This document shows, piece by piece, positions 1 through 9,989 of a stretch of DNA of 64,000 nt. The notes under the pieces are model-generated. The model was not told where the DNA came from and made no database searches. It saw only the letters and a program-made list of their open reading frames with translations. Made by a program: the position numbers and the translations under genes. The first letter of the stretch is position 1; every line of letters starts with the position of its first letter. Location of the stretch: the NCBI GenBank assembly GCA_022340345.1, contig JAJDOE010000014.1, positions 152 to 64,151 of the forward strand, written 5' to 3'. The stretch is from Gammaproteobacteria bacterium. GTDB lineage: Bacteria > Pseudomonadota > Gammaproteobacteria > HyVt-429.

Positions 1-406
1 ACGCGCCGAATGGGATACCCTGATGTTCTTCTACGGGGTGGTGCTGTGCGTGGGGGGCCTGGGCACCATCGGCTACCTGGCGCTGTTATCCGAGGCCAGC
101 TACACGGCGCTGGGCCCCACGACCGCGAATATCCTGGTTGGACTGGTCTCGGCGATCGTGGACAACATCCCGGTGATGTACGCGGTGCTGACCATGAATC
201 CACAGATGGGGCTGGATCAGTGGTTGCTGGTAACCCTGACCGCTGGTGTCGGTGGCTCGCTGCTCTCCATCGGTTCCGCCGCGGGAGTTGCGCTCATGGG
301 CCAGGCCCGCGGTACCTACACCTTCTTCCGTCATCTGCGCTGGAGCTGGGCCATCGCCCTGGGCTACGCGGCCAGCATCTGGGTTCACCTGCTGCTCAAC
401 GGCTGA
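1..406 (+). CDS. nhaD: NhaD-type Na+/H+ antiporter (ArsB/NhaD permease superfamily), C-terminal fragment; the 5' end lies outside the window
   Basis: The reading frame is open from base 2 (…AEWDTLMFFYGVVLCVGGLGTIGY…NIPVMYAVLTMNP…). It is a hydrophobic polytopic C-terminus typical of NhaD and stops at 404-406. Confidence 0.6.
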   Translation, partial: RAEWDTLMFFYGVVLCVGGLGTIGYLALLSEASYTALGPTTANILVGLVSAIVDNIPVMYAVLTMNPQMGLDQWLLVTLTAGVGGSLLSIGSAAGVALMGQARGTYTFFRHLRWSWAIALGYAASIWVHLLLNG

Positions 407-431
407 TGACGGTAGCCGGGCCTGCCGCCGC

Positions 432-1526
432 ATGATTGGTTTTGTCGCCGCGGCCCTCGCCGGCGGCCTTCTGCTGGCGCCGCCGGCGGCCCGCGCCGAC
501 TCCCTGGCGATCCTGGACAGCGAGCACGGAGAGCGGCCACACGGCGAACGCCTCAGCGGCGCCGCCCTGAAGCAGCGGGAGCAACTGTACCGGCAGGGCC
601 ACACCGTGGTGCTGCCGGATTTCCGCAGCGTCCACGCACAGCCGGCGGGCGCCGCGAAAAGCGCGGCCCACGACGGGACGACGCTGAATGCGCCGGCGCG
701 GAAATCCGCCGCCGATACCTGGTCCGCGACTTCCGCCGGCAGCCTGCTGTGGCGAATCGAGGACGGCCATGCGCAGCCCAGCTACCTGCTTGGGACCATG
801 CACCTGGCGGACCCGCGCCTGACCCGGTTGCCGCCAGCGGTGCGTACCGCGCTTGCGGCCAGCCGCAGTCTGACCACCGAGGTACTCAGCGAGCAACTAA
901 CCGACCCGTCGCTGGGCGAATTGATGTTTTTTCGTGATGGGCGAACCCTGGCGGACGTTGCGGGTGCCGCCCTGGCCGATGAAACCGTGCGCCTGCTGGC
1001 CGGACGGGGCATTCCACGGCGACTGGCCCAGGTATCGAAACCATGGGCCGCGATTCTGACCCTGAGCATGCCGCGGCCAAACGGCCTGGAACACCTGGAG
1101 CTGGTACTGGAGCGCCAGGCTCGCGAGGCCGGCCTGGCGCGACATGGCCTGGAAACCGCCACCGAGCAATTCGCCGTGCTGGACGGAATGCCCATGTCGG
1201 ATCAGGTCCTACTGCTGAAAGAAACCATCGCCGGCCACGACCAGCTTGCTGGCATGACCGAGGACCTGGTACGGGCCTACCTGAGCCGCGACCTGGATCA
1301 GGTAGTGGCGGCGGTGGACGCCCATGCACCGCGGGACCGGCGCGTATACGCGGAATTCCGGCACCGGCTGATTGATGAACGCAACGTGCGCATGCTCAAA
1401 CGCATGCTGCCGAGGCTGGCGGAAGGTGGCGCCTTTGTCGCCGTGGGCGCGCTGCACCTGCCCGGAGATAACGGACTACTGGCTGGCCTGCGGCGGCTGG
1501 GATATCGCCTCAGCCCGGTATTTTAG
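432..1526 (+). CDS. TraB/GumN family periplasmic protein
   Basis: ATG at 432 with signal peptide MIGFVAAALAGGLLLAPPAARA. Motif LWRIEDGHAQPSYLLGTMHLADPRL is typical of the TraB/GumN family (PF01963). The longer 246-start ORF is an upstream read-through in the same frame. Confidence 0.7.
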   Translation: MIGFVAAALAGGLLLAPPAARADSLAILDSEHGERPHGERLSGAALKQREQLYRQGHTVVLPDFRSVHAQPAGAAKSAAHDGTTLNAPARKSAADTWSATSAGSLLWRIEDGHAQPSYLLGTMHLADPRLTRLPPAVRTALAASRSLTTEVLSEQLTDPSLGELMFFRDGRTLADVAGAALADETVRLLAGRGIPRRLAQVSKPWAAILTLSMPRPNGLEHLELVLERQAREAGLARHGLETATEQFAVLDGMPMSDQVLLLKETIAGHDQLAGMTEDLVRAYLSRDLDQVVAAVDAHAPRDRRVYAEFRHRLIDERNVRMLKRMLPRLAEGGAFVAVGALHLPGDNGLLAGLRRLGYRLSPVF

Positions 1527-2421
1527 CGGGCAGCGGCGGGCGTTCGCGCTTGTCAAAGCGGGTTGCCTCGTCATAGGCAAGGCCCCGCACCGCGGCGGCC
1601 ACCGGTCGGGTAATGCCGGTGCCGCGCAATCGCGCACCGCTCAGGTTGGCGTGGCTCAGGTCCGCGCCTTCCATCTCGGCCCGCTCCAATATCGCACCAT
1701 TGAGTTCCGCACGCGGCAGGCGGGCAAAGAAAAAGCTGGTGGCGGTGCAATCGGCGTCGGACAGATCCGCGGCCGCCAGGTCCGCGTAACGCAAGTCGGC
1801 CCCGGCCAGGTCGGCTCCGGCCAGGCTTGCGGAATACAGGCGTGCCCCGCAGAGCCGGGCCTTCGCCAGCCGCGCCATGGACAACCGCGCGTACTGCAGC
1901 GCGACGCCGGGCATATGTGCTCCTTCCAATAACGCCATGGAGAGATTGGCGCGCCGCAGGTCCGCGCCGCCCAGCCGGGCGCCGCTCAGATCCGCTTCAT
2001 ACAGATCCGCGCGTCCCAGGCGCGCGCCGCTGAGGTCGGCGCCTGCCAGCTGGGCCCCACTGAGCTTGGTATCGGTCAGGCAGGCGCCATGCAGGCGCGC
2101 CCGATGCAACTGGCCCAGGGACAGGTCCGCGTCGCTGAGGTCGGCACCGGTGAGTACCGCGTCGGTGAACAACGCGCCATACAGGTCCGCCCCCACGAAT
2201 TCGGCACCACGCAGGTCGCATCCGGAAAAATCCGCGCCCGCCAGCGAGGCGCCGGAAAAATCTGCAGCCACCAGTTCGCAGTCGCGGAATACCGCGCCGG
2301 CGAGATTCGCACCGGCAAAGCGGGCGGCGGCCAGTTCGCGTCCGCGGTAGTCCCGTCCGGCCACTACCGGCTGCGGAGGCGAATGATCTGCCTCGGGGTG
2401 CTCAGCGGCGGGATGCTCCAT
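1510..2421 (-). CDS. Pentapeptide-repeat protein (Qnr/MfpA-like fold)
   Basis: ATG at 2421 (MEHPAAEHPE…) followed by about 45 tandem A(D/N)LxG/F pentapeptides (ADLSGARL, ANLSMALL, ADLRYADL…). The 603-aa track ORF is the same frame read through from the antisense of dnaQ. Confidence 0.75.
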   Translation of the reverse strand: MEHPAAEHPEADHSPPQPVVAGRDYRGRELAAARFAGANLAGAVFRDCELVAADFSGASLAGADFSGCDLRGAEFVGADLYGALFTDAVLTGADLSDADLSLGQLHRARLHGACLTDTKLSGAQLAGADLSGARLGRADLYEADLSGARLGGADLRRANLSMALLEGAHMPGVALQYARLSMARLAKARLCGARLYSASLAGADLAGADLRYADLAAADLSDADCTATSFFFARLPRAELNGAILERAEMEGADLSHANLSGARLRGTGITRPVAAAVRGLAYDEATRFDKRERPPLPAKIPG

Positions 2422-2504
2422 CGGCGGCTCCGAAAACGGCGCGGGAACCGCCGAGTATAGTCCCTCTTGCTGTCCCGCAGTTTCAGGCGTCCGGCAACGG
2501 CACA

Positions 2505-3248
2505 CTAACCCGCTTCGGCTTCCGGATCGCTGCGCCCCATCATCTGCAGCCACAGGCAGCCGTCTGGAGCCTTGGCGTCGATCGCCTTCAGCCGCGCCTG
2601 GTGGGCGGCCTCTTCCGCCTCGCTGGGATGGATCACCAACAACGGCGGCCGGTCCGTTGGCAAGGCACGAAGTGCCCCCGGATCGCCACCGCCCGGGTGC
2701 TGGGCCGGATCGAAGGACAAAGCCACCTGGCCACCGGTCATTGCCAGGTATACGTCCGCGAGAATCTCCGCGTCCAGCAACGCGCCGTGCAGGGTGCGCT
2801 GGGTGTTGTCGATAAAATAACGCCGACACAGGGCGTCCAGGCTGTTGTTCTGCCCCGGGTGCATTTCCCGGGCCATCACCAGGGTATCCACCACGCGGCA
2901 GTGGTCGGCGATCCGGGTCGCGCCGGATTCCTCCAGGCGAGCCAGCTCGTGATCCAGGAACCCCACGTCGAAGGGCGCGTTGTGAATAACCAGTTCCGCA
3001 CCGGAAAGGTAGGCCATCAAGTCTGCGGCGATGTCCGCAAAACCGGGCTTGTCTTTCAGAAATTCGACGGTAATCCCGTGCACTTCGAGGGCGCCTTCGT
3101 CGATCTCCCGCTGCGGGTTGAGGTACTGGTGGTAGGTGTTGCCGGTGGGCTTGCGGTTGAGCAACTCGACGCAACCGATTTCGATGATGCGGTGCCCCTG
3201 TTCCGGCTCCAGGCCGGTGGTTTCCGTATCCAGAACGATCTGCCGCAT
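2505..3248 (-). CDS. dnaQ: DNA polymerase III epsilon subunit (3'-5' proofreading exonuclease)
   Basis: MRQIVLDTETTGL…HNAPFDVGFL…HGALLDAEILADVYL are the Exo I/II/III motifs; 247 aa. Confidence 0.95.
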   Translation of the reverse strand: MRQIVLDTETTGLEPEQGHRIIEIGCVELLNRKPTGNTYHQYLNPQREIDEGALEVHGITVEFLKDKPGFADIAADLMAYLSGAELVIHNAPFDVGFLDHELARLEESGATRIADHCRVVDTLVMAREMHPGQNNSLDALCRRYFIDNTQRTLHGALLDAEILADVYLAMTGGQVALSFDPAQHPGGGDPGALRALPTDRPPLLVIHPSEAEEAAHQARLKAIDAKAPDGCLWLQMMGRSDPEAEAG

Positions 3249-3250
3249 GT

Positions 3251-3688
3251 TCAGCTACCCATTTCGTCAATTGCGCGATTGGCCAGTTCGTCGGCGCGCA
3301 TGTTGCCCGGATGACCGGCATGTCCCTTGACCCAATGCCATTCCACCTCGTGCCGTTCTACCGCGGCCTCCAGGCGCTGCCACAGGTCGATGTTCTTGAC
3401 CGGCTTTTTCGACGCGGTGCGCCAACCGCGCCGGCGCCACTGCGCGATCCATTCGGTAATGCCCTTTCGCAGGTACTGCGAGTCCGTATACAGCGCCACC
3501 TGGCAGGACCGCTTGAGATGTTCCAGCGCGCGGATCGCCGCCATCAGCTCCATGCGATTGTTGGTGGTCTGCTGCTCCGCGCCGTAGAGTTCCTTTTCCT
3601 GCCCGTTGCACTCCAATAATACGCCCCAGCCGCCGGGACCGGGATTTCCGCGACATGCGCCGTCCGTATGGACTTCAACGCTGGGCAT
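3251..3688 (-). CDS. rnhA: Ribonuclease HI
   Basis: [19 protein letters not shown]…[11 protein letters not shown]…[18 protein letters not shown]; canonical dnaQ neighbour. Confidence 0.95.
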   Translation of the reverse strand: MPSVEVHTDGACRGNPGPGGWGVLLECNGQEKELYGAEQQTTNNRMELMAAIRALEHLKRSCQVALYTDSQYLRKGITEWIAQWRRRGWRTASKKPVKNIDLWQRLEAAVERHEVEWHWVKGHAGHPGNMRADELANRAIDEMGS

Positions 3689-4415
3689 CGAAATGGATTG
3701 CCGGTTCGGCCAGGCCAGCGGTCATGCGCTGGCGCCAGCGGGGTTTCAGAGGCGTCATGCCCACAACCTTCTTGCGCGCAATCAGGACGTAGACTGCGCC
3801 CAGCATCGGCAGCCAGCGATCCCCGGCGGGCTCCAGGAATTGAAGTCGCTGGCGGATCGCTTCGCTCTGGGCCGGGGGGCGGTAATAGAGCATGGCGCCA
3901 CCACAGGATTCGAAATCCAGCAGGCTGAGCCAGTCCCGCAGGCGGTTCAGGGACAGAAATCGTCCGTTCCAGGGTGCCCGGCGGCGGTTCAGGGCCCGGT
4001 TCATCAGTGCGTACATGCCCCATAAACTGAATGGATTGAATCCCAGAACCACCAGATTTCCCTCCGGACGCAACACTCGCGCACACTCGCGCAGCACGGC
4101 GTGGGGGAGCGCGCAGAAATCCAGGGTGTGGGGGAAAAGCACCAGGTCCACGCTGTCCTGGTCCAGGGGCCAGTCCTGGCAGTCGGCTTGCACCGTGCTC
4201 CCATCAAAGGCGGAGGGGAATCGGGTCCCGATGCCGATTCGGGTGATCGCGGAACTCGGCGCGAGCCAGTCCAGCGGGCCACCCGGATGGCTGACCTGAA
4301 CCGCCACCAGGCCGCGCAGGGCGGGCAGGACACCGCGCAAATGGTGAACTTCGGCGGCCTGCAGGGAGCAGCCCAGGGGAGAGCTGAACCATCCCGCGAG
4401 TGCTCGTTGCTCCAC
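3675..4415 (-). CDS. yafS: Class I SAM-dependent methyltransferase, YafS-like
   Basis: Similar to E. coli YafS ([25 protein letters not shown]) and shares the yafS-rnhA-dnaQ synteny. I set the start at GTG 4415 (GAAGG RBS 8 nt upstream) because the ATG at 4616 would overlap divergent gloB by about 180 nt. Confidence 0.7.
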   Translation of the reverse strand: MEQRALAGWFSSPLGCSLQAAEVHHLRGVLPALRGLVAVQVSHPGGPLDWLAPSSAITRIGIGTRFPSAFDGSTVQADCQDWPLDQDSVDLVLFPHTLDFCALPHAVLRECARVLRPEGNLVVLGFNPFSLWGMYALMNRALNRRRAPWNGRFLSLNRLRDWLSLLDFESCGGAMLYYRPPAQSEAIRQRLQFLEPAGDRWLPMLGAVYVLIARKKVVGMTPLKPRWRQRMTAGLAEPAIHFDAQR

Positions 4416-4438
4416 TGTTTGACCTTCGGCAGGCAAAA

Positions 4439-5230
4439 ATGAAAACTCTCCGGATGGACGCGGTTTTACATGCCTCCGCCTTTCAGGACAACTATATCTG
4501 GTTGCCGCGCGGAAAGTCGGATTCCGCCTGCGCAGTAGTGGACCCCGGTGACGCGAAACCGGTGCGCAGGCGTTGCCGTGAGCTGGGCTTTCGGCCCAGC
4601 GCGATACTGTGCACACACCACCACTACGATCATTCCGACGGCATCGAGGAACTGGTCGAGGAATTCGGAATCCCGGTGTATGGCCCGGCCGGCGAAAACA
4701 TCCCCCGGCGTACGCATGCGCTGGCCGAGGGAGATCGCTTCAGCCTGCCGGAACTGGGACTGGACTTCGAGGTATTCGATGTTCCCGGCCATACCGCCGG
4801 TCATATCGCTTTTCTATGCCAGGCCGGGTTGTTCAGTGGCGATACCCTGTTTTCCGCTGGCTGCGGGCGCCTGTTTGAAGGGACCGCCGAACAGTTGCAC
4901 ACTTCGCTCGGCAAGCTGGCGGCGCTTCCCGCTGACACGGCAATCTTTTGTGGTCACGAATACACGCTCGCCAACCTGGCATTCGCCATGGCGGTGGAGC
5001 CGGACAACCCCGACATCCGGCAGCGTCTGGAGCAGGTTCGCGAACTGCGCGCCGCGGGGAAACCATCCCTGCCGGTATCCATTGCGGTGGAGCGGCGTTG
5101 CAACCCGTTCCTGCGTTGCGATCAGCACAGCGTGCGCGCCAGCGCCGAGGCCCACGCCGGCCAGTCGCTGGCAAACGCCACCGCGGTATTCGCCGAAATC
5201 CGCCGCTGGAAGGACGGATTTCAAGGCTGA
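4439..5230 (+). CDS. gloB: Hydroxyacylglutathione hydrolase (glyoxalase II)
   Basis: DNYIWL…CTHHHYDHSDG…DVPGHTAGHIAF…CGHEYTLANLAFA metallo-beta-lactamase/GloB motifs. The start MKTLRM at 4439 is chosen; the alternative is 4454. Confidence 0.9.
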   Translation: MKTLRMDAVLHASAFQDNYIWLPRGKSDSACAVVDPGDAKPVRRRCRELGFRPSAILCTHHHYDHSDGIEELVEEFGIPVYGPAGENIPRRTHALAEGDRFSLPELGLDFEVFDVPGHTAGHIAFLCQAGLFSGDTLFSAGCGRLFEGTAEQLHTSLGKLAALPADTAIFCGHEYTLANLAFAMAVEPDNPDIRQRLEQVRELRAAGKPSLPVSIAVERRCNPFLRCDQHSVRASAEAHAGQSLANATAVFAEIRRWKDGFQG

Positions 5231-5328
5231 GCGGGTGTGCCGTCCGAACCCGCCAGGGCCGGCGCCGGGCAGAAGAGCGAATTGACCGAATTGACCCCCG
5301 CCAAGCGGTTCTCTAGTATGCCGCAGCC

Positions 5329-6711
5329 ATGGGAGTAAAGCGTCGGGGGGGGCTGCGGCAACTGCGCGCGGCAGCAGTAATGCTGGCGCTGGCCAGCGTG
5401 GCCGCCTGTACCACCACCACTTCGCGCCAGGTCTCCAGCGTTCCGGATTCCGTGCCCGTGCCCGTGACCCAGGCCGTAGCGCCCCCGGTCCGGACCGCGA
5501 CGCCATCCGTTCCCGCGCCCATCGTGCATGCCGACCTGTGGGCACGCATTCGTGCCGGCATGCACCTGGCGGACATGGACAACAAGCAGGTGCGGGAGTT
5601 CGAAGACTGGTACGCGAACCGCCCGCGATACGTGGACAACATGTTCCGGCGCAGCCGGCTGTACCTGTACGACATCGTCGAAGAAATTGAACGCCGCAAG
5701 CTTCCAATGGAACTGGCGTTGCTGCCGGCGATTGAGAGCGCCTACCGGCCTACCGCCTATTCCCGGGCGCGCGCGGTTGGCCTTTGGCAGTTTATTTCCT
5801 CCACCGGTCGCCTGTACGGGCTGAAGCAGGATTGGTGGTACGACGGCCGACGCGACTCGCTGGCGGCGACCCGCGCCGCCCTCGATTACCTGGAAAAACT
5901 CCACGCCGAGTTCGGCGACTGGCGGCTGGCGTTGGCGGCCTACAACGCGGGAGAACGACGGGTGGCCCGGGCCCGCGAAGCCAATGCCCGCCGCGGCGGC
6001 CCAACGCACTACGAGTCGCTGCAACTGAAGCGGGAGACCCGCCACTACGTGCCCAAGCTGATGGCGGTGGTGCACATCGTGCGAGATCCGCAACGCTTCG
6101 GACTGGAACTCCCGGACTTCCCGAACCAGCCGGAATTTGCCGTAGTGGATGCCGGTGGCCAGATCGACCTGGGAGTCGCTGCCCGACTGGGTGGCATTTC
6201 GGCGGACGAACTGTACGCCCTCAACGCCGGCTACCTGCGCTGGGCCACGCCCCCGGATGGTCCGCACAAGTTGGTCGTGCCGCGGGAAAACAGTGCGTCC
6301 CTGGCTACCGCCCTCGCCGACCTGCCGCCAAAGGACCGCCTGCGCTGGGCCCGCCACCACGTGCGGCAGGGTGACACCCTCGGGCACATCGCGAATCGCT
6401 ACGGCATCTCGATATCCGCGCTGCAGCAGTCCAACCACCTGCGCGGCAACCTGATCCATGTCGGACAGGACCTGGTGGTTCCGTTGTCCAGCCGCAACAC
6501 GGCTCGCCAGGTTGCGTCCCTGCCGCGAGCGCCGAAAGAATCCGATACGGCGGGCAACCGCAAGCGACTGGTGCATACCGTCCAGCGGGGCGACACCCTT
6601 TGGCAGATTTCCCGCCAATACCGCGTCGGAGTGCGCCAACTCGCAAGCTGGAACGGCCTGCACCTGAGCGACACTTTGCGCCTGGGCCGTGGCCTGGTCA
6701 TCTGGTATTAG
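5329..6711 (+). CDS. mltD: Membrane-bound lytic murein transglycosylase D with C-terminal LysM domains
   Basis: Lipoprotein signal (LALASVAAC). SLT domain (ELALLPAIESAYRP…GLWQF…LAAYNAG). Two LysM repeats (HHVRQGDTLGHIANRYGIS; HTVQRGDTLWQISRQYRV). gloB-mltD synteny as in E. coli. Confidence 0.9.
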   Translation: MGVKRRGGLRQLRAAAVMLALASVAACTTTTSRQVSSVPDSVPVPVTQAVAPPVRTATPSVPAPIVHADLWARIRAGMHLADMDNKQVREFEDWYANRPRYVDNMFRRSRLYLYDIVEEIERRKLPMELALLPAIESAYRPTAYSRARAVGLWQFISSTGRLYGLKQDWWYDGRRDSLAATRAALDYLEKLHAEFGDWRLALAAYNAGERRVARAREANARRGGPTHYESLQLKRETRHYVPKLMAVVHIVRDPQRFGLELPDFPNQPEFAVVDAGGQIDLGVAARLGGISADELYALNAGYLRWATPPDGPHKLVVPRENSASLATALADLPPKDRLRWARHHVRQGDTLGHIANRYGISISALQQSNHLRGNLIHVGQDLVVPLSSRNTARQVASLPRAPKESDTAGNRKRLVHTVQRGDTLWQISRQYRVGVRQLASWNGLHLSDTLRLGRGLVIWY

Positions 6712-6848
6712 CGATACCGCGTTGCGAACCTGACCAGCGACCACAGCGGAGCAAAGCGCTGCGCAGCTTCTTCGCGGTCGGAACGGAATGAATGCTGCCG
6801 GACGGACCGGCGAATAGCGGCGTGCCGTCCCTGGTGAACCGCGGCCCG

Positions 6849-7295
6849 TCAGGGACGGGTATAGGGAGCGTGGATCACCCGCGCCAGTATCCGCGCATGT
6901 TCCCGCCCATTCTCGGCACGGTAGTAGTTCCGTCGCCGCGCAATCTCGCGAAACCCAGCCGAGCGGTACAGCCGGGCCGCCGCTCGATTTGATGCACGTA
7001 CTTCCAGAAACAGAATGTGCACCCGCAGGTGGTCCGCCAGTTCCAGCACCTGTTCCAGCAACTGGCGCCCCAGGCCGGCACCCTGGTGTTGTGGGTCAAT
7101 ACAAATGTTTAGCAGGTGTCCCTCGCCGGCCGCCACGGACAGGATCGCGTAGCCGATGACCTCGTCCTGCAGTCCGGCGAACACACGACATACGTAGCCC
7201 ACCCGCAGGCAGTCCCGAAAGATTCCCTCCGACCAGGGGAACTGGTAGGCCCTCTCCTCGATCTCGATGACCGCTGCGAGGTCCGCGTCGCACAT
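6849..7295 (-). CDS. rimI: Ribosomal-protein-alanine N-acetyltransferase (GNAT)
   Basis: IEIEERAYQFPWSE…LLNICIDPQHQGAGLGRQLL…LEVRASNRAAARLYRSAGF matches the RimI core. Start at the internal Met (MCDADL) avoids a 40-nt overlap with udg; the upstream ATG at 7373 is possible. Confidence 0.75.
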   Translation of the reverse strand: MCDADLAAVIEIEERAYQFPWSEGIFRDCLRVGYVCRVFAGLQDEVIGYAILSVAAGEGHLLNICIDPQHQGAGLGRQLLEQVLELADHLRVHILFLEVRASNRAAARLYRSAGFREIARRRNYYRAENGREHARILARVIHAPYTRP

Positions 7296-7333
7296 ATCGC
7301 GCAGGCAGACGCCCTCGTGGACCGGGACCGCGC

Positions 7334-8062
7334 TCACCCCAGATTTTCCCGCGCCAGGCAGAGGTCCGCCCACGTCTTGCGCTTTTCTGCCGGATTGCGC
7401 AGCAGGTAGGCGGGGTGGTAGGTCACCACCAACGGGCAGTCGTAGGGGCCGTAGCGGTGCACGCGGCCCCGCAGGCGACTGATCGGCTCGCTGCTCTTGA
7501 GCAGCGATTGCGCCGCAAAACGTCCCAGCGCGATGATCATGCGTGGCTCAATCAGCGTCACCTGCCGGTGCAGGTATGGCTCGCAACAAGCCACCTCGTC
7601 TCCCATCGGATCGCGGTTCTCCGGCGGCCGGCACTTGAGCACGTTGGCGATGTATACCTGGCCACGCTCCAGATCCAGCGCCGCCAGCATGGCCGTAAGC
7701 AGCTGCCCCGCACGGCCTACGAACGGCTCTCCCGTGCGGTCCTCTTCGGCGCCCGGCGCCTCGCCGACGAACAGCCAGTCTGCACGGACGTCGCCGGTTC
7801 CGAAAACGGTATTGTGCCGGCTGCGGTGCAACTCGCAGGCGGTGCAGGCGGGTACCCGTTCCGCGAGTTCTTCCCAGCCGAGCCGCTCCACACCAGCGTG
7901 GGTGGCAGTGGGGACTTCCGGCCGAGGGGCCGGCCCGGGCCGCGCGGCAGCGCCTGCTGACGAATCGGTTGCCGGCGGCTGGCCGGCGTCCGCCCGCGGC
8001 GCCCGTTGGCGCCAGCGGCGGATGCCCAGCGCCGACAGGTACTGTCCGCGTGCCCCGGTCAT
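7334..8062 (-). CDS. Uracil-DNA glycosylase, family 4 (Fe-S UDG)
   Basis: [19 protein letters not shown]…[26 protein letters not shown]…CRPPENRDP…HPAYLLRNP are the family 4 UDG motifs. Confidence 0.85.
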   Translation of the reverse strand: MTGARGQYLSALGIRRWRQRAPRADAGQPPATDSSAGAAARPGPAPRPEVPTATHAGVERLGWEELAERVPACTACELHRSRHNTVFGTGDVRADWLFVGEAPGAEEDRTGEPFVGRAGQLLTAMLAALDLERGQVYIANVLKCRPPENRDPMGDEVACCEPYLHRQVTLIEPRMIIALGRFAAQSLLKSSEPISRLRGRVHRYGPYDCPLVVTYHPAYLLRNPAEKRKTWADLCLARENLG

Positions 8063-8086
8063 GGACTTAGCATAGCACCGCCAACG

Positions 8087-8114
8087 AATCCGGCCGACGG
8101 CCGCAGCCGTCGGC
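8087..8114 (-). terminator. Hairpin (12-bp perfect stem CCGGCCGACGGC/GCCGTCGGCCGG, loop CGCA) just 3' of leuA; likely terminator
   Basis: Perfect inverted repeat between the leuA 3' end (8190) and the udg 5' end (8062). The U-tract on the minus strand is weak. Confidence 0.4.
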
Positions 8115-8189
8115 CGGAGTGGAGGTGAATGCGTAGCCGGCGAACACCATTGCCGCGGCTGGTCCCGATTTCCCGCCGAAAGGGAGCGC

Positions 8190-9734
8190 TCATATGGGCT
8201 GCCCCTGCTGGGGGTGCTCGCGGCGTCCGGGAGCGACCAGTTTGTTCAGGGCATTCACGTACGCCTTGGCCGAGGCGATAACGATATCGGTGTCCGCCCC
8301 ATGGCCGTTGACGATACGCCCGCCCCGCTCCAGCCGGACGGTGACTTCGCCCTGGGAATCCGTGCCACTGGTGATGTTATTCACCGAATACAGTTCCAGG
8401 ATCGCGCCGCTCTCGATGATTTCTTCGATGGCGCGAAATGCGGCGTCCACCGGACCACTGCCGGCAGCCCGCGCTTCACGCTCTTCACCATTCTCATTGA
8501 GCACGATCCGGGCCTCGGGAATCTCCCCCGTCTGGGAGCACACCCCCAGGGCCACCAGGTGGATGTGTCCGCCCTGGGCCAGCCCCTCTTCGGTCACCAG
8601 CGCCTGCAGATCCTCGTCGAAGATCTCGTGCTTCTTGTCCGCCAGGTCCTTGAAACGGCTGAACGCCGAGTTGATATCTTCCTCGCTGTCGAACTCGATT
8701 CCGAGTTCCAAAAGCCGCTGCCGGAATGCGTTGCGCCCGGAATGTTTCCCCAGCACGATACGATTGGCACTCCAGCCCACGTCCTCGGCGCGCATGATTT
8801 CGTAGGTTTCCCGTTTCTTGATCACGCCATCCTGGTGGATACCGGATTCGTGGGCAAAGGCATTGGCACCGACGATCGCCTTGTTGGGCTGCACCGGGAA
8901 CCCCGTGATATTCGAAACCAGGCGGCTGGCGGGCACGATCTGGGTGGTATCAATGCGGGTATCACAGTCGAACTGGTCGCGCCGCGTACGCACCGCCATC
9001 ACCACCTCTTCCAGTGCCGCATTGCCGGCACGCTCGCCAAGTCCGTTGATGGTGCATTCGACCTGGCGTGCCCCGGCGGAAACCGCCGCCAGGGAATTCG
9101 CTACCGCCAGGCCCAGGTCATTGTGGCAATGCACCGAAAATACCGCCTTGTCGGAGTTAGGCACCCGCTCCCGCAAGGTTGCAATCAGGGCACCGAACTG
9201 CTCGGGCACGTTGTAGCCGACGGTGTCGGGGATATTGACAGTGCGGGCACCGGCATCGATGACTTTCTCCAATACGCGACACAGGAAATCCGTGTCCGAG
9301 CGCCCGGCGTCTTCCGGCGAGAATTCCACATCGTCCGTGTATCCCCGGGCCCGGCGCACCGCCCACACGGCGCGCTCCAGCACTTCGTCCGGAGACATGC
9401 GCAGTTTCTCGCGCATGTGGATTGGCGAGGTGGCAATGAAGGTGTGAATCCGGCCACGAGCCGCCGGGGCGACCGCCTCGGCCGCGCGGTCAATGTCATT
9501 TTCCGTGGCTCGCGCCAGCCCGCAGACGATGCTGTCGCGCACCGCCGCCGCCACTGCCTGCACCGATTCGAAATCTCCGGGACTGGCGGCGGGGAAACCC
9601 GCCTCGATGATGTCCACCCGCATCCGCTCCAGTACCCGCGCAATGCGCACCTTCTCGTCCCGGTTCATGGAGGCGCCCGGGCTCTGCTCGCCGTCGCGCA
9701 AGGTCGTGTCAAAAATAAAAAGTGTATCGCTCAT
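8190..9734 (-). CDS. leuA: 2-isopropylmalate synthase
   Basis: [23 protein letters not shown]…[17 protein letters not shown]… Start at MSDT (9734); the upstream 23 codons of the track ORF lack an RBS context. Confidence 0.95.
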   Translation of the reverse strand: MSDTLFIFDTTLRDGEQSPGASMNRDEKVRIARVLERMRVDIIEAGFPAASPGDFESVQAVAAAVRDSIVCGLARATENDIDRAAEAVAPAARGRIHTFIATSPIHMREKLRMSPDEVLERAVWAVRRARGYTDDVEFSPEDAGRSDTDFLCRVLEKVIDAGARTVNIPDTVGYNVPEQFGALIATLRERVPNSDKAVFSVHCHNDLGLAVANSLAAVSAGARQVECTINGLGERAGNAALEEVVMAVRTRRDQFDCDTRIDTTQIVPASRLVSNITGFPVQPNKAIVGANAFAHESGIHQDGVIKKRETYEIMRAEDVGWSANRIVLGKHSGRNAFRQRLLELGIEFDSEEDINSAFSRFKDLADKKHEIFDEDLQALVTEEGLAQGGHIHLVALGVCSQTGEIPEARIVLNENGEEREARAAGSGPVDAAFRAIEEIIESGAILELYSVNNITSGTDSQGEVTVRLERGGRIVNGHGADTDIVIASAKAYVNALNKLVAPGRREHPQQGQPI

Positions 9735-9898
9735 GGTTCTGGTCCGTTCGCGCGCGTTGCCGCCTGGGCGGAACCCGCCGGGTTGGCCGACTGCTGGAAG
9801 CAACCCGTGTTGCAGCAGCCTGCGTGGATACCAGGACGTTTTTGACGTCCCGTATCAGAGAAAAAAGCCGAATTTTGGGAAAGGGGGAGTGTCTGCGC

Positions 9899-9955
9899 CT
9901 AGCGGCGCAGCAGCAGAAGGCCCAGGAGGGGCGAATGGAGGACTGCAGACTTCAT
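9899..9955 (-). CDS. leuL: Leucine leader peptide (leu attenuation leader) upstream of leuA
   Basis: 18-codon ORF MKSAVLHSPLLGLLLLRR* with 7 Leu in the last 10 codons. It sits 165 nt upstream of leuA on the same strand and is followed by hairpins (for example the palindrome CTGCGCCtagcGGCGCAG over its stop). Confidence 0.55.
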   Translation of the reverse strand: MKSAVLHSPLLGLLLLRR

Positions 9956-9989
9956 GGGCGCAGATTTATACGCGTCACGCGAGCGGATT

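Noticed and set aside
1510-3321. 603-aa ORF on the minus strand spanning the pentapeptide region and the dnaQ locus
   Set aside because: Its N-terminal 300 codons are an alternative frame of the dnaQ gene (Arg/Gly/Pro-rich, GC-frame artefact). Only the portion from Met-301 (2421) is a real pentapeptide-repeat gene, and dnaQ is called in its own frame.
5221-6744. 507-aa minus-strand ORF
   Set aside because: Antisense to mltD, with Arg/Gly/Ala-rich low-complexity translation typical of high-GC antisense frames.
8214-9845. 543-aa plus-strand ORF
   Set aside because: Antisense to leuA; no motif; GC-artefact composition.
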